Shown here one piece after another: positions 38,766-50,753 of a DNA stretch of 64,000 nucleotides (position 1 is the stretch's first letter; each line of letters starts with the position of its first letter). Origin of the DNA: the human T2T-CHM13v2.0 reference genome, Homo sapiens; the NCBI RefSeq assembly GCF_009914755.1, contig NC_060929.1, one strand, 5' to 3'. Under the pieces are notes generated by a model. That model was not told the DNA's origin and made no database searches. It worked only from the letters and a program-made list of their open reading frames with translations. The position numbers and the translations under genes are program-made.

Positions 38766-41045
38766 TGTATTAGTTTGTTCTCATGCTGCTGATAAAAACA
38801 TACCTGAGACTGGCCAATTTACAAAAGAAAGACACTTAATGAACTTGTTCCACATGGCTCTGGAGGCCTCACAAGTATGGTGGAAGGCAAAGAGGAGAAA
38901 AATCACTTCTTACATGGATGGTAGAGAGAGAGCTTATGCAGGAAAACTCCCCCTTATAGAACCATCAAATCTTGTGAGACTTATTCACTATTCATGAGAA
39001 CAGCACAGAAAAGATCTGACCCCATAATTCAATTACCTCCCACCAGGTCCCTCCCACAAGAGAGGGAACTCAAGATGAGATTTGGGTGGGTACACAGACA
39101 AACCGTATCATTCCACCCCACCCCCTCCCAAATCTCATGCCATCACATTTCAAAACCAATTATGCCTTCCCAATAGTACCCCAAAGACCTATCTCATTTC
39201 AGCATTAACTCAAAAGTCCACAGTCCAACGTCTCATTTGAGACAAGGCAAGTCCCTTCAGCCTATGAGCCTGTAAAATCAAAAGCAAGTTAGTTGCTTCC
39301 TAGATACAATGGGGTTACAGGCATTGTGTAAATACATCCATTTCAAATGGGAGAAATTGGTCAAAAGAGTGGGGCTACAGGCCCCATGCAAGTTTGAAAT
39401 CCAGCAGGGCAGTCAAATATTAAAGCTCTAAAATGGTCTCCTTTGACTCCATGTCTCACATCCAGGTCATGCTGAGGCAAGAGATGAGTTCCCATGGTCT
39501 TGGGCAGCTCCACCCCTGTAGCTTTGTAAGGTACAGTCTCCTTCTCGGCTGCTTTCATGGGCTGGTGTTGAGTGCTGGCGCTTTTCCAGGCGCACGGTGC
39601 AAGCTCTCAGTGGATCTACTATTCTGGGGTCTGGAGGATGGTGGCCCTCTTCTCACAGTTCCACTAGGAAATGCCCCAGTAGAGATTCTGTGTGAAGGGC
39701 TCCAACCCCACATTTCCCTTCCACACTGCCTTAGCAGGGGTTCTCCATTAGGGCCACACCCCTGCAGCAAAATTTCTGCCAGGGCATCCAGGCATTTCCA
39801 TACATCTTCTGAAATCTAGGTGGAGGTTCTCAAACCCCAATTCTTGACTTCGTTGCACTCGCAGGCTCAACATCATGTGGAAGCTGCCAAGGCTTGGGGC
39901 TTGCACTCTCTGAAGCGACGGCCCATGCTCTATATTGGCCTCTTTCAGCCATGCCTGTAGCAGCTGGGATGCAGGGCACCAGGTCCCTAGGCTGCACACA
40001 GCATACAGACCCTGGGCCTGGCCCAAGAAACCATTTTTTCCTCCTAGGCCTTTGAGTCTGTGATGGGAGAGGCTGCCATGAAGACCTCTGACATGTCCTT
40101 GAAACATTTTCCCCATTGTCTTGGGGATTAACATTTGGCTCTTTGTTACTTAAGCAAATTTTTGCAGGCAGCTTGAAATTTCTCCTCAGAAAATGGGATT
40201 TTCTTTTCTAGCACATCTTCAGGCTGTAGATTTTCCAAAATTTTATGCTCTGCCTCCCTTGTAAAACTGAATGCCTTTAACAGCACCCAAGTTACCTCTT
40301 GAATGTTTTGCTGCTTAGAAATTTCTTCTGGAAGATACCCTAAATCATCTCTCTCAAGTTTAAAGTTTCAGAAATATCTAGTGTAGGGGCAAAATGCCGC
40401 CAGTCTCATTGCTATAACATAACAAGAGTCACCTTTGCTCCAGTTCCCAACAAGTTCGTCATCTCCATCTGAGATAAGCTCAGCCTAGATTTCATTGCCA
40501 ATATCATTATCGACATTTTGGTGAAAGCCATTTCACAAGTCTCTAGAGAGTTCCACAGTTTCTCACATTTTCCTGTCTTCTTCTGAGCCCTCCAAACTGT
40601 TCCAATCTCTGCCTGTTATGCAGTTCCGAAGTCCCTTCCACATTTTTGGGTATCTTTTCAGCAGCGACCCACTCTATTGGTACCAATTTACTGTATTAGT
40701 CTGTTCTCATGCTGCTGATAAAGACATACCAAAGACTGGGTAATTTACTAAAGAAAGAGGTTTAATAGACTTACAGTTCCACATGGATTGGGAGGCCTCA
40801 CAATTATGGTGGAAGGCAAGGAGGAGCAAGTCTTATTCTACATGGATAGCAGCAGGTAAAGAGAAAGCTTGTTCAGGGAAACTCCTTCTTATATAACCAT
40901 CAGATCTTGTGAGACTTATTCATTATCACGAGAACAGCATGGGAAAGACCTGCCTTCATGATTCAATTACCTCCTACAAGTTCTGTCCCACAACATGTGG
41001 GCATTCAAGATGAGATTTGGGTGGGGACACAGCCAAACCCTATCA
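38766..41045 (-). mobile_element. Complete THE1 (ERVL-MaLR): LTR 38766-39110, internal 39111-40691, LTR 40692-41045
   Basis: Two ~350-bp direct repeats tgtattagt...tatca; THE1-int motifs (tgagacaaggcaagtcccttc, gtaccaatttac junction, polypurine tract next to the left LTR). Confidence 0.95.
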
Positions 41046-41179
41046 AATATCAATGCTATAACATTATATCAATATTCTGCATTATATTTATGCATTTCAA
41101 TTTGATACATTAGGTAGTTCCCAGATTTAGGACATTATGAAAAACATTGTTACTAATATAGCATTACTTTTTTTGGTGG

Positions 41180-42850
41180 TGTGTGGTAGACATGAAGACA
41201 TCACACCTAGGTCACACTTCAAGGAAGACATCTATGTAGAGCTTCAGAGAATGCAGTCACTGAACAGACTCCAGGTGTCAATTCCTTCAGGACCAGCCTC
41301 CTATGCAGAAAGTCACCTTGCCCAAAGCTCTAAAAGTTTGAAAATTTGGTTTGATGTGGTACAAAGATGATGAGCAATTTCATTGCAGAGATCCCCTCTG
41401 GGTGACAGAGGCTTTCTTGGTCCTGCAGTTTGTCTAATCCAGCTTGCTTTGTTCCCTTTTCCCTTACTGATGTTGACTCTTAAAAAGTATCTTGTACTCC
41501 AAGCTCTGACTCACTTCCTGGAGTGGTCCCAGGAAGGAAGGAATAAGATGGGGTTTGGGAATTGCATCACTCACTGCGCAGGTTGCAATGAAGAACCCAT
41601 CACTGCTGACAGAGCACACTGCCCCTGGCACAAAGTGCCAAGCCAGCTTTTAAACCTTTCAGCCATGGTGAACTGGGAGGGTTTCCCAGTGGGGAAGAAT
41701 GCAATAGCTGATGTGATATTTGAAGCACTTGAAGCATGAAAAAGCAAAATATCTATAAGAATAAGAGGATTGATGACTATTGCTAAATCTCATTAATGCT
41801 AACAATAGCTGAGGTCAACATCCCCCAAAAAACTCAAACTTTATTTTTCTAGTTCCTCAATATGAACCAGGCTTTAGAAATTGATCTCATAACTAAAAAT
41901 TACTGAATCCCAGGCAGAAGGACTCCAAAATATTATGGCAAATATGTGATATACTGATTCAGTGCTTCTCCAAAGGGACATATGGCCATTTACTTAGAGA
42001 GCTATAATTAGAATCCATTGTTCTTTTCCCATATGGCTGCTTGGATAGAGTTAAAAGACCCTGCTAAAGGCATGAAGAAGTTCCATCTGAGAAGGAATAC
42101 TCTTAAAATTTGGTGTGCCATACTCCAGGGTGAACTGGATCAAAAGAAACAAATCAAGGGATGGAAGTGAGAGTTTGTTGAATCATGTAACTTTTTATAA
42201 TGCTATATAATCAATAAAAAGAATACCTGGTCAGAAAACTAAGAGATGAAAGCAGAAGGAGTCCCTCTAAGCACCATTCTCAATGACCTGTTGGGGAATT
42301 TATGCTTCCCATCCCTGCAGCCCTGGGATATGCAGGGTTAGAGTTTCTTATCCTCAAATGTGGCACCTTTCTACTGGGGACATAAGAAAGTCAGTTGAAC
42401 TATAAATTATGGTTGCTCCCTAGGCATTTTGAGATCTTTTGTTTTGTTTTATCAACAATCAGAAAATAGAAAATTGAGTTGTAATTTTCAGTGGACTTCT
42501 GTTACACCAAAGGGCAAGGAGAAATCCAAGTGTAACCCACATGATCCATTTGAGCCCACTACTATTTCTTTGTCCACCCATGGTTTAAACAAACAGATAC
42601 AGAGACTTTGGTATAAGAAGGGCATGGAAATCAGGAACTCAAACCCCTCAAGGATGCAGGTCTCACCTCCAGGTAAGCTACTAAGGTCAAGCAGAGCTAT
42701 TTGCTGATTGAGAGAGATATAGAATGGTTAATGGAAGGAGGAGAAAATGGGTGTCAATTGTGGCCCTGACAATAACTGCTTCAGTTAGTTTCTTTTCTCT
42801 TAGTTTTCCCTCAGAAGAGAAAGAAATGCAAGAAGGAGTCCTGGGAAAGC
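41180..42850 (+). mobile_element. LTR16-like LTR (~41180-41520) plus ERVL (ERV3-16A3-like) internal fragments
   Basis: cttcaaggaaga...ctccagg...ccttcagga...cttgcccaa; gtggtccc...gatggggtttggga...caatgaagaacccatcactg...cccctggca; cccatccctgcagccctggg...tataaattatggttgctccc. Confidence 0.65.
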
Positions 42851-42999
42851 TTTTCCCTGAAAATGTATATGAGAATGTATTTGAGTGCTGCAAGAGATCA
42901 ACTGCTGTACACAAGAAGACATGCCACACAGCAATCCTTTCAGAGACATTCTTGCTGGGTTCTGGAATCTCTTTTCCTCTCATGCCTTTATCTGTTTAT

Positions 43000-44600
43000 C
43001 TATTCCCACATTGATTACGCAGTATGGTATTTGTGTATTAAAATAAGATGTGATTTTTAGTAATGGAATTTCTCCAGGTTTGTTATATCTCTTTAAGATT
43101 ATCTGGGCTATTTTGAGCCCTTTATATTTCCATATAAATTTTAGAGAAAGTTTATCAATGTATGCACATTAAAACAAACTCTGAGGAAATATTTTCTGAA
43201 GTGGTTGTGGGATTGCATGCATTTATAAGCATATTTGGAAGAAATGCTGTCTTCAAATCTATATTTATGTACAGGCCTCACAGACCTATTTATGTATTAA
43301 TATCTTTCAGGAGTATGTTGTGTTTTTCATCATATAAATTGTTCCTATCTTTTGTTAGATATATTCATAGGTAATTAATTTTTATATGATTGTAAATGGT
43401 AAAATTTATCATTTTATTTTCTATAACTTTCTGAGTTTTGCAAATGCAATTCATTTATTTTGCATTGCTCTTATCTTTTCCAATATTATTGTATTAATTG
43501 ATTAATTCTAATATTTGTTTAGTGTACTAGTCCATTCTCTTGCTGCTATAAAGAAATACCTGAGACTGGGTAATTTATAAAGAAAAGAGTTTTAACTGAC
43601 TCGCAGTTCCACATGGCTAGGGAGGCCTAAGGAAGCTTACAATCATGAGGGAAAGCACCTCTTCACAGGGCAGTAGGCGAGAGAATGAGTGCAAAAAGGA
43701 GAATTGCCAGATGCTTATAAAACCATCAGATCTTATGAAACTCACTCATTATCACAAGAACAGCATAGGGGAACCTGACCTCTCGATTCAGTTACCTCAC
43801 CTGGTCCTGCCTTTGAAATGTGGGGATTACAATTCAAGGTGAGTTTTGGGTGGAAACACAGAGCTGAACCACAGCATAGAGAATCTTTTGGATTATTTTT
43901 ATTCATATTATTTTGAATGAGGAAACACCTTCACGATGTTTCTGAATATATTATACATTGAATTTTTTGGGTTTTTTTGTGTTGTGCTATCTTAGATCAC
44001 TGGCACAAAATTGAACAGAAGTAGTGAATGTGGGTATCAGTGTATTTGTAATGATAATTCATGATAGTTTTCTGTATGGATGCATTAAAAAGGACATTTT
44101 ATTTTTTTAAAATTTGCTTTGCTTTTAAAAGTTAATATTTGTTAAATTTCATCAAATATTTGAATACATCTATAAAGACAGTCATACATATTTAATTTCT
44201 TATGTGATCATGCAGAAAGATTAACATTAATTCTACATTGTCTTTGCATTCGTGATTTATAAAACAGACATCTGTAATTTAATACTAATCTTATTTGTTT
44301 CTGGATTTTTATTTACAAATGTTTCATGTAATTTGTTTTGATGTGTATACATATACTCTATGTTCTTGTTGGATTTTGTTATCATGGTTCTGCTGGCTTC
44401 ACAAAAATACTTTTTAAATACTTTCCCTGTTTCTTCACTTTAGAAGAATATGTGTGAAGTTGCTGTTATTTTGGCAATAGCTATTAGGAAAAAATCACTG
44501 ATAAGGTAATCTGTTTGTGGGAATGTTTTGGAGAAAGATATTAATAATAGGTTCAACTTCTTTAACTGGCATAATATAAGGTACAAGTAATTTTAAGTTG
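43000..44600 (-). mobile_element. Old L1M fragments
   Basis: ggctattttgagccctttatatttccatataaattttaga; ttgaacagaagtagtga. Confidence 0.55.
43523..43876 (-). mobile_element. THE1D/MSTA-like solo LTR
   Basis: tgtactagtccattctcttgctgctataaagaaatacctgagactgggtaatttataaagaaaagag... Confidence 0.88.
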
Positions 44601-44704
44601 CCACACAATAAAAAGAACACAGAACATACGCAAGATGCAGACTGTGACAGCATCATTGGATCAGCCTCCTAAACTCTGGCTTCACTGAGCATGTCATTCC
44701 TCTA

Positions 44705-45009
44705 GACTCAGTGGCTCATGCCTGTAATCCCAGCATTTTGGGAAGCTTAGGCGGGCAGATCGCTCGAGCCCCGCAGTTTGAGATGAGCCTGGGCAACATG
44801 GTTAAATCTTGTTTCTACTAGAATAAAAGAATAAATAAATAAATACACAAAAGTTAGCCAGGCATGCTGGCATGCACATGTAGTCTCAGCTACTCGGAAG
44901 GCTGAGGATGGCTTGAGTTCAGGAGGTGGAAGTTGTAGTGAGCCAATATTGCACCACTTCACTCTACTCTTGGCGAAAGAGATAGACCTTGTCTCAAAAA
45001 AAAAAAAAA
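44705..45009 (+). mobile_element. AluJ
   Basis: gtggctcatgcctgtaatcccagca...gatcgctcgagccc...gtctcaaaaaaaa. Confidence 0.88.
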
Positions 45010-45094
45010 CTAATTTTTCAGTTCTCTTGCTTATCAGATACCAAGAGTTAGAATTGAGAATATTTATAGGATTTTAAAATGAAAATGTGATATA

Positions 45095-45525
45095 GTTAGT
45101 GAGTTGAATGATATCTTCTCAACATATATGGTCACCTGAAACCTTTTATTTAGAATAAGAGTGTTTGCAGATGAAATGAAGGATCTGAAGAAGAGTTCAT
45201 CCAAGATTTAGCCAGACCCTAAATCTAATGAGTTTCCTCATAAGGACAGAAAAGAAGACACAAAGATAGACAGAGAACAAGTGAATGTGAAGATGGAGGC
45301 AGGAATTGTAGCAACGTGTCTCAGCCAGGGAATGCTACAGATTCCAGGAAACTACCAGAAACTAGGAAAGAGGCATGCACAGACTCTCCCTCAAAGCCAC
45401 CAGGAGAAAGTCATTCTTATTTCAGGAGGCATCTGACCTCCTGAACTGGGAGATAATGAATTTCTATTGTCTTAAACCACAAAGCTTTTGGTAATTTGCT
45501 ATAGTGGCCCTAGGAAACTAAAATA
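45095..45525 (+). mobile_element. MLT1 (MLT1C-like) solo LTR
   Basis: ccctaaatctaatga, atgtgaagatggaggcag, ccagaaactaggaaagaggcatg, ggtaatttgctatagtggccctaggaaactaa. Confidence 0.82.
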
Positions 45526-47099
45526 TGACCCTTCATGTATAGATGATAAAAGACAAAGTAACTTTAAGGTTCTACTATATTGAAAAATGTGATTAGTTCT
45601 TTTCCACCCAGTAGTCTCTTGACAAATCCCTGAAGGCATTATATCTGTTCTTTCCTTCCACAGAGAAACTATTTGCTTTGGAGGAGAGTTTGTTTTCTCA
45701 AAAAGGAAAATAATCCATTGAACATGTAAGCCTCTGATCCTTTTTTTTAATCCACAGGAGAATCAGAAGATGATTTTGCCATGACTAACACCCTGCCGAT
45801 GACAGAAACAAATAACTCTTAAATTCTTATATCCTGTCTTTAAACAATTGAAATGCCTTTGACAATTGACCTACACTGCAAAGTATGTTTTCCACTCTTG
45901 ATTGTATTGATCAGTAAATAAAGCCAGAGCCAAACTCTGTGCCTTTTTCTTGCTTAGAAAACCTCAATATAATCCTTGACCATTTGGAAAATAAAATAAT
46001 GGTGAGGATTGAAATGATTTTTAATAGGTAATTCACCAGTTTTAAAATTTTCATTTTACAGAATAGTCTTGGCTTCAGGCACATAGATAACTTGTTTGAT
46101 TATTCAAGTTGCATATTGTAATTAGTTATTTTTGTTTAAATGAACCTGGTAAATTCTGTTTAATTATTTTTTTAAAAGATGGCCTGGAATTAAATCTTCT
46201 CTGTTTCAGAATACCTTCTCTTTATTATCTCAGAGTAGCATTAGAGCATTTGATCATTGTGACTGTTTGTAATGCATAAATGATGAGTCCGGTGACGGCT
46301 TGTACACTTTTATTAACCGAAATTACATGCACCCCATAGAAAAACCAATACTTGAAACTAATGAAGTCTCTGATGTTTTGAATATTTTTTGTACAATCAA
46401 GTGCATGTGTATGTTCATTTTGCTAGTCCAACGGGTATCTGAACCTCAAAAGGCAAAGAATCCCATTAATACTAGATGCAATTTGAGAACAGAAGCATAA
46501 TCTTTGTTACTGAGATTTCAGGTGGAGCATCCCACAGCATCAGACTTTGTTAAGATCAAATAAGAGACTACATTCCAAGACAATTGAGAGCATATATCCT
46601 AGAGGCAGAAAATTGTTAACCTACATAGATACACCCTATCATCATCTCTACCACTACTATGATAGTAATATTCTGGAATTCTGGAATTCTGCTGATGGGA
46701 AGTACTTAAATCTTAAGTTTACCTGGTGTATCATGGTACATGCACTTTGCGTCAATCTTTAAATCTTCTATTTTTCAAATGGTCGTAGTTCTGAAATGGG
46801 AATCCTGTAACCTGTTAGGTAAATGTGATAGTTACTAACTTGAACAACTAGTAAATGTGGAGCGCGCAAATATCAAAATAAAAATTGGTAACACAAATTC
46901 TATAATGTCAAAGAGAATCAGAGAAGAAATAGGACACAAATATTTCTTATGTCCCTGAGAGCAAAATGCTCTCATGCATCACAAATATTTGAAGTACGCT
47001 ATCCACCACTAATATTGAAGTACCAATGTGAGGTAAAATTTGTGGTTTGAGAAAAAGCAAACAAAAACAAATGGAACAATCTTTTGATGTATATGCACG

Positions 47100-47438
47100 T
47101 GTCTTGGTCTATTTCATGCTATCATAATCGAACACTGAAGACTGAGTAATTTAGAATAAACAGACATTTATTGGTTTACAGTTCTGGAGGCTGGAGTCTA
47201 TTATCCTGATGCTGGCACCTGTGAGGGCCTTTTTGCTGCATCATCAAATGGCAGAAGGTGAAAAGGCTAGAAGCGCAAGAGGGGGCTGAATTTCTCCATT
47301 TATAATGGCACAAATCCACCCATGACGGTGGAGCCTTCATGGCCTATCACGTTTTAAAGGTCTCACCTCTTAATACTGTTAAATGGTGATTAAATTTCAA
47401 AATGAATTTTGAAGGAGACAAACTTTCAAACCATAGCA
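47100..47438 (-). mobile_element. MST-like MaLR solo LTR
   Basis: tgtcttggtct...cagttctggaggctgg...ttcaaaccatagca; flanks gcacg/gcgtg. Confidence 0.85.
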
Positions 47439-48850
47439 GCGTGCCCTTACAAATAAAAATTGCATGTGTTTTCATTTAGTATTTATAAGGCCCTCACTCT
47501 ATATCCTACAGCCGCCTTTTCTATACATGGCAATGTGAAGGTAGGGGTGTGGAAGGAAATAATTGGTTGTCTATGAAGCTTGAAAGGTTTAGAAAAATAC
47601 TTATCAAGCCAAGAAATAATACAGTGGCATACAAAATAATAATTAAAAATTCAAAGATTACACAAGGACAACCACCACCACAAACATGTAATACCTGTAA
47701 GCTATGCCTTTTTTTTTTTTACTTTGCTAATTGGAAATCAGATATAGTTTATGCAACGAACCAAGTATTCAAACACAATATGAGAGAAAATCTAAAATGT
47801 TCTTAATTGTTGAAGTTGTCCATATTTTACAAATTCAACATGGTTATAGTTTCTGAAAAGTACCTAGGGCTCTAAGTAATAAGCATTGCCTAGTATTCAG
47901 AGTAATATACATGCACTAGACTCAAGAGTCTAGCATAGCTCCTGTACATAGCATTTCTTCTCTTAAAAGAAAGAGTTACCAAGCTGTATGAAAATCATGT
48001 GATCCTTTAACTTCTCTCTGCATTTAAGTAATTAAGATCGATTTGAGAGTGAGCATGGTGACACTCTCATTGTGGCTATTCATTGGATATTGCTAGAGCA
48101 AAGCCTGTAAGGCATCTTTAAGGACAAGGAGCTCCACATAGGCAGATGACCTATTTTTATAGGACATTCTTTTACGTTCTAAAGTCAAGAGAAATATTTT
48201 AAGAAATTGACATTTTGTTTCTCTCTTGAGCACTTATGTTCAATGAAATAAACTACTGTTTGTTTCTATTGCTTACCATCTTCCTATGAGTTCTTGCGTG
48301 AAAAACAGCTGATATTTGCCTAGTTTGAAATTTTAATCGTGAATATAATTGTTTTCCTACTCTGCTAATTCTAACTAAATTGTGATGAGTCAAAATCATT
48401 TTAAAGAGAGAATATGGGGGTTGCATTATTTTTCGTAGAAAATAAATCCACAGAGGACATGTAAATCCCATGAATTCCAGCTTGTTATGAATTGCTTACA
48501 AAGTGGAAAGACTGTAGAGTAACTAATAGTTAGCAATGATTACAAATTTCAGATGGTTTATGCTAATTTCCATTATTTATATAAATACCTCTATCTGGGC
48601 ACATGTACAATTGGAATCCTTGTTAGCCATAATTATTTGCTGCAATTCATAGGTGGGTGTTCACATCAAGTGTTTTTTTTCCTGCTTCAGTGAACTTCCT
48701 CAGAGCTTATTTATGTGATTAAAAATAATCTGGTTCTGAGTTCTCTTGAAATGGTTTATTGTTTTTCTCTCCAATGTAAGTGCAATGTACAACCATCAGC
48801 CGTCCCTAAGAAACTAAAATTGTTTGATTTTTTTATGTGCTAAGAGAGGA

Positions 48851-49409
48851 CACTCCTCAGCCCTTGGGTGGTCGACGGGACTGGGCGCCGTGGAGCAGGG
48901 GGTGGCGCTCGCCGGGGCGGCTCCGGCAGCACAGAAGCCCATGGAGGGGGTGGGACGCTCAGGCATGGCGGGCTGCAGGTCCCGAACCCTGCCCCGCGGG
49001 AAGGCAGCTAAGGCCTGGCGAGAAATCGAGTGCAGCGCCGGTGGGCTGGCACTGCTGGGGGACCCAGTACACCCTCCGCAGCCACTGGCCCGGGTGCTAA
49101 GCCCCTCATTGCCCGGGGCCAGCAGGGCCAGCCGGCCGCTCCGAGTGCGGGGCCCACCAAGCCCACGCCCACCCGGAACTCCAGCTGGCCCGCAAGCGCC
49201 GGGCGCAGCCCCGGTTCCCGCTCGCGCCTCTCCCTCCACACCTCCCTGCAAGCTGAGGGAGCCGGCTCTGGCCTTGGCCAGCCCAGAAAGGGGCTCCCAT
49301 AGTGCAGCGGTGGGCTGAAGGGCTCCTCAAGTGCCGCCAAAGTGGGAGCCCAGGCAGAGGAGGCGCCGAGCGAGGGCTGTGAGGACTGCCAGCACGCTGT
49401 CACCACTCA
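48851..49409 (-). mobile_element. LTR12C-like (ERV9) LTR, 5' part only, copy 1
   Basis: Reverse complement begins tgagtggtgacagcgtgctggcagtcctcacagccctcgctcg, the LTR12C start; GC- and CpG-rich. Confidence 0.92.
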
Positions 49410-49940
49410 CCGTGAGCCCGCACTCCTCAGCCCTTGGGTGGTCGATGGGACTGGGCATCGTGGAGCAGGGGGCGGCGCTCGTCGGGGAGGCTCGGGCCGC
49501 ACAGGAGCCCACGGCGGGGGCGGGGGGAAGCTCAGGCATGGCGGGCTGCAGGTCCCAAGCCCTGCCCCGCGGGGAGGCAGCTAAGGCCCCGCGAGAACTC
49601 GAGCACAGCAGCTGCTGGACCAGGTGCTAAGCCCTTCACTGCCCAGGGCAGGCGGGGCCAGCAGGCCGCTCTGAGTGCCGGGCCCGCCGAGTCCACGCCC
49701 ACCCGGAACTCACGCTGGCCCGGAAGCGCCGCGCGCAGCCCCGGTTCCCGCCTGCGCCTCTCCCTCCACACCGCCTTGCAAGCTGAGGGAGCCGGCTCCG
49801 GCCTCTGCCAGCCCAGGAAGGGGCTCCCACAGTGCAGCGGCGGGCTGAAGGACTCCTCAAGTGCCACCAAAGTGGGAGCCCAGGCAGAGGAGGCGCCGAG
49901 AGCGAGCGAGGGCTGCCTGCCAGCACGCTGTCACGTCTCA
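49410..49940 (-). mobile_element. LTR12-family LTR, 5' part only, copy 2 (different variant)
   Basis: Reverse complement begins tgagacgtgacagcgtgctggcagg; lacks the gtgggctggcactgctgggggacccagtacaccctccg block present in copy 1. Confidence 0.9.
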
Positions 49941-50753
49941 GCAATAGACTGCTCTTGAGGTAAGCAGTAAGAATAAGAAATGAAATCAAGTCATTTTGCT
50001 TAGTGTACTACAACAATAGAGAATATTTTCTTTTTAATACAAAGGTTATTTAATTTTCCAGAGTAACTCTATTGCATCCAGTGGTGTAATTCTCAATTCA
50101 TAAGGATGAAGAGAAGTTACCTGTGACCTATTACATAATTTATAAACCTCTTCTTACAGAGAATGATGTGTCTTAGAGGAATAAAAGTGAGGCATTTTAT
50201 TTTCTTCAAAATTAAATATTAACAATTGTCTTATACTGATCATGGGAAAAGTAAGCTGCTACCACCAATTCCAATCTGTATGAGGTACTTTTATTTAAGA
50301 ATTATAACTAATGATTCAAGAACTAACTTAAGTCCTATTTTATTTACAATGATTCCTGAATGTAAGAACACCTACTGCATTTGCTCTGTATCCATGTAGG
50401 ACCTAATTAGAAAGCTGGGCTCCATATAGAAAAACCAATGAATATTTTTTGATTGATAACTAGCCAAAATGACAGAGTTTTCCGTCTGTAAGCATACAAA
50501 CATGCATTTTATTTTGAACTTTCATTTTGTTATAATTCTTTATGATTTTATCGGCAAAACCAACAAAATAATACATTGTTCTTAAAGGAACACATGCTAA
50601 AACAGAGGTACATTATACATGTTTACCAAAAGTACTGTAGGGTTGTTTTTACATTGAAAAATGCATTTGTCTGTATCCTTTGGAAAATCAAACTGATCTA
50701 ATATAATTTCATTAAGTCTTTAAACAAAAAATACTTTAGAAATGTATGCAACT

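Larger units (their letters stand above)
48851..49940. promoter_or_regulatory. LTR-derived CpG island
   Basis: ~1.1 kb with dense CpG and GC-box-like motifs in an otherwise CpG-poor window; activity not demonstrable from sequence. Confidence 0.55.

Noticed and set aside
39361-40134. Overlapping 65-128 aa ORFs
   Set aside because: Inside the decayed THE1 internal region
48851-49940. SVA VNTR or host-gene CpG-island promoter
   Set aside because: No CCCTCT hexamer, SINE-R or ~40-bp VNTR units; the whole stretch is explained by LTR12
48814-49989. Cluster of 70-174 aa Ala/Gly/Pro/Arg-rich ORFs on both strands
   Set aside because: Stop-poor frames expected from GC-rich LTR12 sequence; no domain signature
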